Positions 1 through 11,902 of a DNA stretch of 35,022 nt are shown one piece after another; within the stretch, counting starts at the first letter, position 1; every line of letters starts with the position of its first letter. The translations under genes were made by a program, and so were the position numbers. The notes under the pieces are model-generated. The model saw only the letters and a program-made list of their open reading frames with translations, searched no databases and had not been told where the DNA came from. This DNA is from Reclinomonas americana ATCC 50394 (Eukaryota). The stretch is taken from contig PS015209.1 in the NCBI GenBank assembly GCA_048213135.1, positions 1-35,022 of the forward strand. Direction: 5' to 3'.

Positions 1-825
1 GTCATGCGGTCAGGGTACCTGCGTCGCAGTGCCATCAGTCATTCCCGCGTCTCTCACTCGCCGCTGCAACATCCTCCCTGACTCACCGAGCCTTCAGCAG
101 CAGCAGCAACGTCATGGTCTCCACGCTGTTGCGCCCTCGATCGACAAAATCGCCCTGCACATGAAATGCAACACACCAACTCAGCAATCCACACACTGTA
201 TCTGCATCTGAGAGAAAGTCGCACCATGAAGACATAGCTGGTGTGCGGCACATCGCCGCCCGTGCGGAACAGTTCGAGCAAATCGTGGAACTGACCATGA
301 ATGTCACCGCACACTGTGACTGGCGAGCACACTGGCTGCACATTCGACTCCTCCATCATAATCTCCTTGACCTGCGCGCACAAGCAAGGCACAAGCGCGT
401 GTGTGTGTGTGAGCGAGTGTCGGTTCTTCTCTTGGTGTCCTTGTGTGAGGATTGCAAATATCACTCATGGACTCGAGTCAGAGATGAGTGTGTGTGCGTG
501 CGCGTGTGTGTGCAGGGGAGGAGAAGTGCGTGTGCGTGTATGAGTGCGTGCTTGCTTGAGCGTGCGCGTGTCTGTGTGTGCGTGTGTGTGATGGGCGAAA
601 TGTGCACGTTACGCACCCTCTCACACAGCTTCTTGAGCTCATTCTCCGCCAGTGTCTCACACCGCTTGACCTTCTCGATCCATCTGTGAGTGTTGCGTCG
701 AAGAGCACAGAGAGACAGGAGCATACACAGAGACAAACAGAGAACACGCGCGCGCCAAAGTGAGTGAGACAAGACAACACACACAAACACAGGCGACGAC
801 AAGTGCGTGACCGATCCAAGTCCAT
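1..825 (-). CDS. PPP6C: Ser/Thr protein phosphatase PP2A-family catalytic subunit, most like PP6/Sit4. 5' part only; continues beyond window start. 4 GT-AG introns visible.
   Basis: Spliced translation [104 protein letters not shown] has the PPP motifs GDIHG and [15 protein letters not shown] and LFRTGG favour PP6 over PP4/PP2A. Confidence 0.85.
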
Positions 826-963
826 TGCAGCTGGTTGTGTGTCAGAGAGGCGAGAAGCGCTGAGGAATGAGTGGAAAGTGTGTGGGCCAAAGTGACTGAC
901 TTGGGTTACTTTGGTCACCGCATGCATTTCCGCGGAGCGAGGGTTACCAATCCCAACAAAATC
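826..963. promoter_or_regulatory. Putative bidirectional promoter (PP6 / FG-GAP-RING gene)
   Basis: 138 nt between divergent ATGs. Contains an imperfect inverted repeat CCAAAGTGAC..GTTACTTTGG and two GGGTTAC copies. Confidence 0.55.
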
Positions 964-3611
964 ATGCGATTAAAAGCGCGACTGTCGCTCATTCTCGCGC
1001 TGCATTTCTTTGCGCTTGTGTGCATCCTGCCCGTTCTCATCACACATGCCAAAGTGCAAGGTGCGGCGACTGTTTTTCGCCAATGTGCGCGCATATTGTT
1101 TTTTGACTCACTCTTCTTCTCTCGCTCGCTCGCTCTTGTGCACAGGCGATGTTACATGGTTTCCTGGAACGTTGCGCACATCTCACCCTCACTGTGTGTG
1201 TTTCGCCCACGCGCTCACTTCTCGCGTTTTTTGTGTTTTGTAAGTGAGGGCGTGAAAGAGTATGCACATGAGCTGGCCTACTCGGGCTCTCTGGTGGTTC
1301 TCGGCAACTCGGCGGGCGGCTTTGCCTCGATGAATCCCGACGACTTTTCGCTGGGAAAACTCGGCCCCTTTGTCGTCGATCATCAAATTCGTGAGTCCGT
1401 TCGCGCAGAGACAGAGACGGTGTTGCTCACCTCCATTGTGTGTGCGTGTGTGAGCAGCTGGGACGTATTCTAGAGTATCGGCCTTCAATCAGACCGCGGC
1501 ATTTGCGTACAACAACACGGTGTGGACGATGGATGCGATGAATGGCGAGTGGAACACGCGATCGTCGGTGGTGCAGACCGATTGGATTAGTTGCGCTTCT
1601 CCCTCTCTCTCTCTCTGGTGTTGCATATCGCAGCGTGGATGCTGATGTGTACCCGAGGAACAGTTGATCGCGTGTTCATCTTCCGCGCGGTTGACGATCC
1701 ACCACTGGCCATGAACATGTTTATCGCCGGCGTGCAGCAGAGCACGGTGATGGTGTACACGTCGATGAGTCCGCAGTCGCCGTGGGTCCTCAATCAGACG
1801 CTGACGGTGCCCGATGCCGGTGCGCTGCTGTCTCTCGTTGTTGAGATGATGAGTTCTCCTTGTGCGCAAGCTAAAGGTGGGCACCGCAGGACCGTCGTTT
1901 GGCACGGCCATGGCCGGCTATCACTCGTATGTGGCGATCTCGGAGCCGTCGAACGGAGCCGGCCTGGTGCACATGTTCAACCAGCAGCCAGGCAAGCACA
2001 CTGCTCTTGGTGCGCAGACTGTTGGCCCTGCTCACTGCTCTCCCCCGTGCAGGAACGCGTGTATGGACGTACTTTTCCACGATTGATGGGTTGGAGGATG
2101 TGCGTGCCGGCAGCCAGTTTGGCTCGTCGCTTTCGTGGAACAAGTGGTTCTTTATTGTGGGCTCGCGGTATGCGGGTACCCTGCGGCAAGGTGCCGCTGT
2201 GTTGTATCTACCCACGCAACCAGTTTCCCTGGTTTGTGTTTGCGTGCTGCTTCTCAGCATCCGCCTCTCGTACCTCACGCTCTCTGTGCCCCCCGACAGG
2301 GTCTCAATCTCACTCGCGGATGGGTCTTTGATGGCGAACCGAGTTCTGGATTCGGTGCCTCGCTCGGCATGGTGCGCGAGTCAAGCTCGGGCGATTCACA
2401 CGCGCACACACTGACACTTGATTTTCTTCTTCTTCTTCTTCTTCTTCTGCGCAGGATGCCAATGACAACTCTGACGGCACAGCCGACATTAACGTCGTGG
2501 TTGGTGCACCAGCGATTGGTCAGGCGTTCTTGTACAAGTGCATCACCACACAATATGTGAATGCTACGGTTGCGTAAACAATTCCTCTCTCCTTTCCTCG
2601 AGCTGTGCTTTTGTTCACCGCGTGCCTCGGCGCGCAGTGCGAGCGCGCTGATGTGCTGATTGGTCGATACACGAGCGACGGCGTTGGTCTCAGTGTGGCG
2701 TTTCCACCGCAGCGCATCCTCCTTGGTGCTCCATGTTGCGTTTTTTTCATTCTCATTTCTTTGCACGAGCTCCGTGTACGATTGCTGAAACGGGACGCTT
2801 TGCGCAGTTGGCCCGAATCGCACCAAGGACTCGCAGGGATTGCTGTACTCGTTTGGCTACTGCTACGATCGGTACGCACGAGTCAAGCAATCCGAGATTC
2901 TGGTGTGCCGTCGCTGCCAACCCGACTGTGGAGAGACTGGTGGATTCGCCGAGGGCTGCTGCGGCAGCTTTTTCACATACCGCATCACCTACTTCTTGTT
3001 CTTGGTGTCGCTGGTCGGCTTGTGCATGCTCACGTGTTGCTGCAAGACTCTTCCGCGAGCGGTTTTCGAGGGCTGCCTACGCGGCTGTGCCTATTTGTTG
3101 TGTCGGTGCGTGTACATCTTATGCGGCGCACGTGCATGGCATGTCACGCGCTCACTCTGTTCTCCTACGCACGAGCAGACGCGCAGTTGTACAGTACCGA
3201 AACACGGGCGAGCTACCGGCCGGACCGTGGCGTCGTCTCCAAATGTTCCTGCTCGGCCGACGGGATCCACCCATTTTCCTCGACGACTCGTTTGCGCTGG
3301 CCCCTGTACGCCGCCAGGTTGAAGTGATGGACTCGCAAGTCCAAAGTTCAACTCACCTGGTCGACGTGGACAAGGCCGACCGAGCCTACCTCATGTGCCG
3401 CCAGTGCCACCAACGCGAGATCAACGTGTTGCTCGTCCCCTGTGGTCACGAGGTCCAGTCCGTGTGGTTGTTGTTTGTCTGTTCACCATGCGGTGATGCT
3501 GACTCTATACTCTTGGCGCAGGCGTACTGTCTCGAGTGTGCCGAGGACTTCTTGAGGTGCCCACTGTGCCAGCAGCCTGTCGAAAGATGGGTTCGTATCT
3601 ATCCCATCTAA
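964..3611 (+). CDS. Predicted type I membrane protein (~586 aa, 13 exons): signal peptide, FG-GAP/integrin-alpha-like repeats, Cys-rich stalk, TM helix, C-terminal C3HC4 RING
   Basis: Exons 964-1060, 1146-1170, 1245-1390, 1458-1589, 1664-1819, 1890-1991, 2053-2222, 2300-2371, 2455-2556, 2638-2734, 2808-3105, 3179-3452, 3522-3611 sum to 1761 nt in one open frame. Hydrophobic N-terminus MRLKARLSLILALHFFALVCILPVLITHA. Repeats FGTAMA..VAISEP, FGSSLS..FIVGSR, FGASLG..VVVGAP, VGLSVA..ILLGAP. TM ITYFLFLVSLVGLCMLTCCC. RING CRQC..VPCGH..CLEC..CPLC. Confidence 0.8.
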
Positions 3612-3729
3612 GTGTAAAAATGTCGTTGCCTTGCGTGTACTTGGGAAGATTGTTTGCTTTTTTCGTTTCATTTGACTGCGAGGGCTTTGTTTGCACACAC
3701 GCACGCGCACACGCACACATGCAGACACA

Positions 3730-6700
3730 CTATTTCATCCACCGTATGCCAGCCACCGCCATGCCGACCTCGGCCACGTCGCACACGGTGCACACGTGAC
3801 CCTGATACGACGGCGAGAAGGAGGCGAAGCAGTACGGGCACTTGATCGAGGCGTTGCCTGCATGCATGGCGATAAGCAGACTGCCGAATAACAAACAAAA
3901 AGACACATGGACTGATGCAACGCACCACGGAAGATTGGAGTTAACGTGCCGGCGCACACGACAAACGGATTGCGGTCGTCGTAGTTGATGCCAGTCTCCT
4001 GCACTGTCACCTTGGCCGCCGTGCTGGCCGCCATCTCAATGACCTTGCGCGCCTGTGCTGTCACCTCCGGCTTGGGGTTGAGATCCACCAGACGCTTGGC
4101 GAATGACGAAGCCACCGGCAAGTTGTTCTGCTTGTACGCAATCGTCATGCCAGAACTGCGCGAAGACGATGATCAGCAGCAGTAGGGACGACTTCGATCC
4201 CACCAAGGCATACGCACCGGAGTGCCAGCACGAGATGTGTTGGTGCCAGCTGGCAGTGCGTAAAGTAGGCGGCCAGCTCGAGACCGCGAACCGGGTTCGA
4301 CGTGGTCTCCTTGCGTGTGGCCTCCAGGTTCAACGCAATCACGTACTCGCGCGACTCGTTCACCAACTCACGCAGCTGTCGCCAGGCACGGTGAGCACAA
4401 GAACCGAAACATCTCCCTTCTCCTAATCGCTCGTCACGCACCTTGCCCGTCTCCTCGCGACTCTCCACGCAGATGCAGAGGCAGCCGTGCAACACCGACT
4501 TGAACAGCAACTGAGCCTCGCCGAAGCGACCGGCAGTGAATGCTGCATGACCTGCTGCTTGCCGCTCGGCGAGCGCAGCAACGGACAGTGGCGACGCCGG
4601 CTGGCTGCGCGACTGGTCCGCGATCGTGTCGGCGTTGCGCTGCGCAGAATAGAAAGAGACGGGTGAGCGCGTGTGCGTGAACACGAAAGCACACAGTGGA
4701 AATGCGCACCGCCAACGTGTGCATGAGTGGTGGCAAGCCAGGGAAGGTGGAGCCGACAGCGTGTGCCGACATGTACAGCGACATGAACAACTGGCGGAGT
4801 GGTGCAAAGTTGACCACACCGGCAGTGCGATTGAGAATCTGCGTGCGCGGAAGCGAGTGAGTAAGGATGACTCTTTCTCTCTCTCTCCAGTTCATGATTA
4901 CCTGCATGGCCGACTGGAAGGAGCCTGCAGCAATGTGATCGGCAGCCACCTGCGACCCGTCGCACCAGCGCTGCTCGACGGCTGGTCCAGGGGGCGGTGG
5001 GATGGAAAAGTCCNNNNNNNNNNNNNNNNNNNNNNNNNNNNNNNNNNNNNNNNNNNNNNNNNNNNNNNNNNNNNNNNNNNNNNNNNNNNNNNNNNNNNNN
5101 NNNNNNNNNNNNNNNNNNNNNNNNNNNNNNNNNNNNNNNNNNNNNNNNNNNNNNNNNNNNNNNNNNNNNNNNNNNNNNNNNNNNNNNNNNNNNNNNNNNN
5201 NNNNNNNNNNNNNNNNNNNNNNNNNNNNNNNNNNNNNNNNNNNNNNNNNNNNNNNNNNNNNNNNNNNNNNNNNNNNNNNNNNNNNNNNNNNNNNNNNNNN
5301 NNNNNNNNNNNNNNNNNNNNNNNNNNNNNNNNNNNNNNNNNNNNNNNNNNNNNNNNNNNNNNNNNNNNNNNNNNNNNNNNNNNNNNNNNNNNNNNNNNNN
5401 NNNNNNNNNNNNNNNNNNNNNNNNNNNNNNNNNNNNNNNNNNNNNNNNNNNNNNNNNNNNNNNNNNNNNNNNNNNNNNNNNNNNNNNNNNNNNNNNNNNN
5501 NNNNNNNNNNNNNNNNNNNNNNNNNNNNNNNNNNNNNNTTGCCGCCAGCAGCCGACGACGAGCCACCCGGCATTGTCAACTTGCTGCCACCGGCCGGTGC
5601 ACCAACCAAATCGCCCAAATCCAACTCACCCCAGCCGTCCTCGCCGTCCTCGTCGCCACCGCCAATGCCACTGCCACCCGCCGCCGGCAGTCCGGGCACA
5701 ACTGCATGTAACCGGGCTTTCAATACACCTGTTGTCGCCAGCAAGTAGACAGGGACTGAGCAAGACGCAACAGCCCGGCTCATCAAAGCGCAGATCGGTG
5801 TCCCAGCCGCCAGCATCGGCGGCCACCACTGGAATCTCCGACTCGGGAATGTCACGCAGACGACCATCCTCCGTGAACACATTTTCGAAGAAGCTCTTGG
5901 TGATCTGTGCGTCGACCACCACGTCAGCGACTGTCGCTTGATCACTGGTCAACAAAACGCAACGTTCAAGAACGGCCAGTCTTGCTCCTCGGCAGCGTAA
6001 ATCGGCGTCGGAGGGAACAGCAGCTCCGCATCGGGTGCCGGCTCCGGCAGACCCAAGTCAATCTCTCCCGCCTCCTCCTCTGCATCGCGTTGTCATCAGC
6101 AACAAGCCTTCCTGAGAAGATTCACACGCAGCAGTCGCACGCACCGCTCACGCCCAGTTGCGCCAGCTTTTCCCGCTTGATACGATCGCGCAGCGCCTGT
6201 GCAATTTCGTCCAGTCCGTGCGTGGCCGCCGTCAGGTACGCCAGCCGCACTACAGCAAGCAATGTGAGCACCGGATGGAAGAGAGACACGTGCGCGGTGC
6301 ACAGGGTAATCGCACCTTGTCCGACACGCAGCAGCACCTTGATGCGCTCCTCGGCGTCGCCAAGGTACAACGCAGTGTGGAACTGTGCCATGCGGTCATC
6401 ACGACCCTCGGCCAGCGCACTGAGCTGGCGCAACTTCTCCACGTTGCCAGTCATCATGTACAGGAATGACAGGCGATCGTAGTCCTCATTGCGGTGATAC
6501 GCAAGTGCCATGGACTGGTGAGAGGTGAACGATGAGACGAAGGTAGATGAGAGAGAGAGAGAGAGAGAGAGCGCGCGTGTGACGGAAACGCACCCGCAGG
6601 TTGCCGTGCTGCAACGCCTCCTCGGCCAGCTTCTCGTACGACTCCTTGTCCTTCAGGGTCTTGGCGAGTTCTGCGCGACAAGGACTCTCGTGGTGAGACC

Positions 6701-9224
6701 GATTCTCTTTGTCACACTTCGTACCACGAAGAAAGAACAGACCAGTGGCTCGCTGCAAGTCGCCGCACTCGAGCGCCAGGTTGAAGCGCGTCTTGGGATC
6801 TTGTGCGAAATTCATGGCAATCTGCATTCGCTAGCGGTGAGCGCTCACGACGATGAGAACAAGAGCGTGCACGGCAGACGTGACCTCGGGGAAGCCCTTC
6901 TTCTGCAAGAAGCCAATGATCGACTGGCCGTGCAGCTTGGCGTGGCTGAGAATGCGGAAGATCTCGTCGTTGCGTCGCTCGAGGAGAGCGCGCTTGAAGT
7001 TGTACTCGGTGGTGTCGACGTAGGTGAGGCCGACCTGACCGTTGCGGTCGAGGTAGTGCACGGCCTTGTCGCGCACACGCACAACGTAGACCGCCTGCTT
7101 CAGAGTCTGCACAATGCCATTGTCGCTGATGACACACAATTCGTCAGTTAACTCTGGCGACCAGTGCCAACAAGCGACAAGCGCCGTCACTCACCCCGAC
7201 GGCAACAGGTACTTGAGGTGGTTCAGCGTAGAGTAGATGAAGACACCAGTGTCGTCAAACACGCCGCTCTTGATGCGCACGGCCTCGTAGACGGTGCACA
7301 GGAACTCCAGCTTCTGGGTGGCCAGAGTCACATCTGTATGGAACATAAGCACGAGGACGCAGAAGAGATCATCTGTCCGCAAGCAGACACGCAACTCTGC
7401 TTGCTCATCAGAGCGACCACTTGATAATCCGACGACCACGCCACCATGCGCAGACCGGCGGCGACAATGCTGCCGAGAATGCGACCCTGTATGATGCACG
7501 ACGACGATTGAGTTCTTCTCTCATCCCTGCCCTCCGTCGATCACAATGACACGACGCAACATTGGCCTCCATCAGCACAACGCGGTCCTCGAGACGCAGC
7601 AGCATCTGGCGAGGCGGGCCCGGGAAAATGGCCTCCACCACCGAGTTGGCCACCGGCACAATCTTGCTCTCCGGGTTGTCGAGGTAGCGCAGGTTGACGC
7701 GCTTTTCACGATCGAGCACCACAATGCGATTGCGGCCGGAGAAGAAGGCTTGCTTGCCGGCGGCATACTGCAAATCACACTGCATGAGCAAAAGGGGGCG
7801 CGAGTGACGGGCAGAGGAGTAGGGGAGAACGCACTCTGACTTCCGAGGAGCNNNNNNNNNNNNNNNNNNNNTGCAACGAGCCGTCCGAGGGCGTGGCGCC
7901 CTTTTGGCGCAGCGCTACGAGGATAACACAAAGAAGCGGTGAACAACAACAACAACAGCGACGATGGAGAAGGCAGAGAGACGCAACCGCCAATGTCCCA
8001 CACGCGAATGGTCTGGTCCAGCGACGCCGAGACCAGCAGGTATTCCTTCGGGTGGAAGAACGCCGACATGACGTAGTGATTGTGGCCCGTCAGCACCGCC
8101 ACCGACGTGCTACGCGATTCTCCTCGTTAAGAAAGCACAAGGCGGGGGAATGCAGGAAGAGGATGAACACACCGATTCTGGAAATTCCAGATGCGCACAG
8201 TCTGATCGTCGGATGCCGACACGATCCACGGCTGCTCCCAGTGGAACTGCACCGTGCGCACAAAGTCCAGATGGCCACGCAGTGTGAACAGGCACTTGCG
8301 CTGCTTGTAGTTCCACACTGCACCGCAAACAATCTCGATCAGAGACAACTCTCTCCACAGCCAGCGCATTCCCTTGTGATCTCTCACCTTTCACCAGCCA
8401 GTCATCGCCACCACTGCAGAACTGCGGCAGCGAGTGGTGGAAATCAACACCACGCACGGGTCCTGCACGACGCGTGTGAGTGTTATGAGTGTGCAGGCGA
8501 CATGGCGCGAACTCGACACGTGTGTGAAAAAGTGCGTGCACCGTGTCACAGATGGCCGAGTGCAGAACAAGGCATGGATAAGCACACATGAAAGAGAGAC
8601 AGGCTCATTCTCATCCACCGCGTGGAGAGAGCGCGCGCGCCATGTCCACCCTCTTCTTCTTCCTCCTTCCTCCTCTCTCGTCTTCATCTCTTTGTCTATG
8701 GTGGTGCGTGTGAGCTCTCTCACCATCATGATCCTCGAACTTGTCGATGAGCGTGAGCATCTGGTAGTCTGCAGAGACGGGTGTGAGCGCACACACAAGA
8801 TAAAAGAAACATGATACTTCTCCCTCAGCGACTCACCCCACAGCTGGATGCAACTGTGTGCGCAAACATAGGCGACGTGAGCGAAGAGGAGGATGTGCAC
8901 CGAGCGTGACACACACGCAGACAAGAGAGAAGGAGGGAAGGAGAGAAGGAGTGCGCGCGTGCAATGACCAACAACAACGAGGCACTCACCCTGTGTGCAG
9001 CGACACGAGGATCCATGGTCGATCGGGGTGGAAGCTGTGTATACGCGTCAGCCACGTGAGCAAGCAGCACGCCAGTGAGATGAGTGCGGTGATGAACGAA
9101 TTTGCTCTCCCATCAACCCAGGTGACATGTGTGTGCATTTTGTGTGCGCGCGTGTGTGCGCGTGTGTGCATACGTGCCTCAGGCCCTTGACGCGGGCGCT
9201 CTTGGTTTCGAACTTGAGAAGCAT
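3730..9224 (-). CDS. COPA: Coatomer subunit alpha (alpha-COP), multi-exon, interrupted by two assembly gaps
   Basis: Starts [33 protein letters not shown]40 segments [31 protein letters not shown] and [13 protein letters not shown]. Core motifs [20 protein letters not shown] and [12 protein letters not shown]-terminus [18 protein letters not shown], stop at 3730. Confidence 0.97.
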
Positions 9225-9322
9225 CTCGCAAGGACGAGCAATGAGCTGAGCTGTACATGCTCGAATTTTCGCGCCCCCATGCGTTTCATTCATCGGAAAC
9301 TGAACTGCTCTCTCACATCGCA
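9225..9322. promoter_or_regulatory. Putative bidirectional promoter (COPA / CFAP157-like)
   Basis: 98 nt between divergent ATGs. Confidence 0.55.
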
Positions 9323-11770
9323 ATGTCGGAGAAGAAGAAGAAGAAGAAGGGCAAGAAGGGTGGCGACAAGAAGGGCTCTGCCGGCGCCGACGATGACACA
9401 CCGCAGCTGAGCGAGTTGGAGTGTTGCGTGCCCCGCCCACGTGTGTGTCTGTGGATTCATGAAAGAGATGATTCATGTGTCCGATCGCAGTGGCCACGGC
9501 CAAGGCTCTCGAGCTGGAGCGCACTGTGCAGGCCATGGAGGAGAACCAACACAATCTGTTGCGTCCATGCGCCCGTGCTCACCCTCGACTTCAGCCGCCC
9601 ACTCATCTCCTCAACACACAGGGAGGTGACCAATGAGCGTCTGTCATTCCGCTGCCGTAAGCTGGAGCAAGCGGTGGCCGATGCCAAGGCGGAGAAGGTT
9701 GGGTGCAAGAGTGTGTGCTTTGCACACCAGGCCTGCCTCTCACCGTCCCCGTCGCTGCGCGCAGTCGGATCTGTATCAGTACATGAGCGCCGAGATGAAG
9801 CGCGTGGACCGGGAGCGGCAGGGTGAAATCGCCGAGTTGCAGCGCGAGCTGAGCCAGCGCCTCCTGGAGAACTCCACCCTCGGTACGATATGCTGTCTTG
9901 CTGTGGTCAGGGTCAACACACTTGTATGCTCACTGGCTGCGGCGCAGAGGTTGCGGTGGTGTCCAAGACGGACGAGCTGCGCGTCAGCCGGATCATGACG
10001 GCCGAGGAGGTGGCGCTGGCCACGCAAAGGAAAGATGTACTGCAGCGCTACACGCTGGAAAGAGTGCGTCATTCGTCCTCCTCGCCACGTGCGAAGCTGG
10101 AGTTCACCCGTTCATGTGCGCACAGAGTCAACTCGAGTACTCGGTCAACACGCTAAAGGACGAGCTGCACATGTTCAAGTACGAGCGGTACAAGATGGAG
10201 GCCGAAGTCGAGAAGCACTTTATGCGAGTTGCGTGGGCGGCAGGCGAACGCACTTCAATTCACGCCGTGCTCACGCATGGAATGTGCATACAGGAGATTC
10301 AAAAGCTGCGCAACGAGAACAAGAACCTGCGGCAAGAGGTGGCTGACTGCAAGGAGCGTGAGCGTGCACGCAACAGCTTTGCACAACTGGTTCGCGAAAC
10401 CATTCACCATGCATCCCACGCTGTGCTTCCGTTTCCTCACTCCTCTCTATAGCAAGCCGACGGCATTCTTGACGAGAACACGCGAATGACTGCGGAGATC
10501 GCCACCAACGAGCATCACATTGCCGAGCTGATGGCAGAGATCCAGCAACTGAAGCAAGACGTGGAAAAGCAGCGACAGGAGAACGATCTGCAGGTGGAGG
10601 CCAACAAGCTGCTGACGCTGCGCAACCAGCAGCAGGCAGCGATTGTCCGCAAGCTGACCAAGTCGCTGGAGGCACTGCAAAAGGCCGTGGTTGCACGGGA
10701 GTCCGATCACGCGCGGCGTGACGAGGAGAGTCGACAGAACGAGCAACGCACCATGGCGTCGATGGCCGACGAGATTGACGATCTGAAGCGAGAGATCTTT
10801 GTGTTGGATCAGGTTTGTTTGCAGGGGTCGGGAGAAGGTGATGTGCTTGAGCTCATCTCGTTGGTGCTGTCACAGGAGCTGCAACGACTGGAGCAAGCAC
10901 GTGAAGATGTCGTGCAGCAGGCCAGGCAGCGCAAGGATCTCGAGGACGACGTGTACCAGTTCCTGCTGGATGCCATGGATGAAGTGCGCAGCGTGCTGCA
11001 ATCTCGGTGAGCCAGGCACTTCTTCTTTCTGAGAAGACATGTGCTCTCTCTCACACCGACACATCGTCAGCGAACAACTACGCTCGCCGGACTCGACAGG
11101 CTCCCGACCCGACACGGTCAGTGTGCCATGCATGCGTTTCCGCCCGTTTCCCATTTTTCTCACTCTCCTTACAGGTTTCGCCATCGAGTTCCCCACCGCC
11201 GTCGCGCAAGCGACTCCCAGCAGCACAAACCCGCACGCCGAGCCGAGTGCGCGATTCGCCACCGATCCAAGGGCACGTGGCGAGATCGCTCTCACGATCC
11301 AGACCGATTTCAGTGGAATCCGTCGACAGCGACAGCACGGCCACACAACGACGGACCGCAACACCCGACCTCGTGCGCTCGTCTACCGCGCAATCCGGCG
11401 ACTCGCTGTTATCGCTCTCCGGCAGCACATTGTCACTGGTACTTGTCTGCTCCCACTTTTATCTGTGTTCTTCGAAAACTCCCCTCAAAAGTACATCTCG
11501 CAGTCGCGTGGTCCACTGGCCTCGTGCACATCGCAGGAGCGCGACGTCATTCTCGACTTTTTGTTCACCAAGGTCAAGCAGACGCGTTTCTTGCAGCAAG
11601 CCACCGCCGCCGGTAATCGGAAGCCGGCACACCGCGGATCGCTGCCATGTTGCGTGCACTCCCTTGTCGTGCAGTGCCGGGATGTTGCCCTTCTCACTCG
11701 TCTCTTGCTGCACACAGCCATCCATTCTCCGTCAAACTCTGCAGTGGCGCACAATGCCAGCACACCATGA
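9323..11770 (+). CDS. Cilia/basal-body coiled-coil protein, CFAP157-like (BBOF1 also possible); 3' end approximate
   Basis: Lys-rich start MSEKKKKKKGKKGG, then a long spliced heptad-rich coil (LQRYTLERSQLEYSVNTLKDEL..EVEKHFMREIQKLR; ILDENTRMTAEI..RNQQQAAIVRKLTKSL). This resembles CFAP157 from memory. Late motif LASCTSQERDVILDFLFTKV. GT-AG introns keep the frame. Confidence 0.65.
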
Positions 11771-11902
11771 AGCGGGGCAGTGAAAGAGACTTTGTTGCTA
11801 TAGTACGACATTCGATTCACTCTTTTCTTTCCTCTCTCCCTCCCGCCTCCCGCTGTCCTTCGCTCATTCCGCCCCTCACCGCGCTCCCATTCACCACGTC
11901 GC

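Noticed and set aside
7852-7871. COPA appears to lack its later WD40 repeats and following region
   Set aside because: The missing part coincides with a 20-N gap, probably a placeholder of unknown size, so this is an assembly artefact rather than a deletion.
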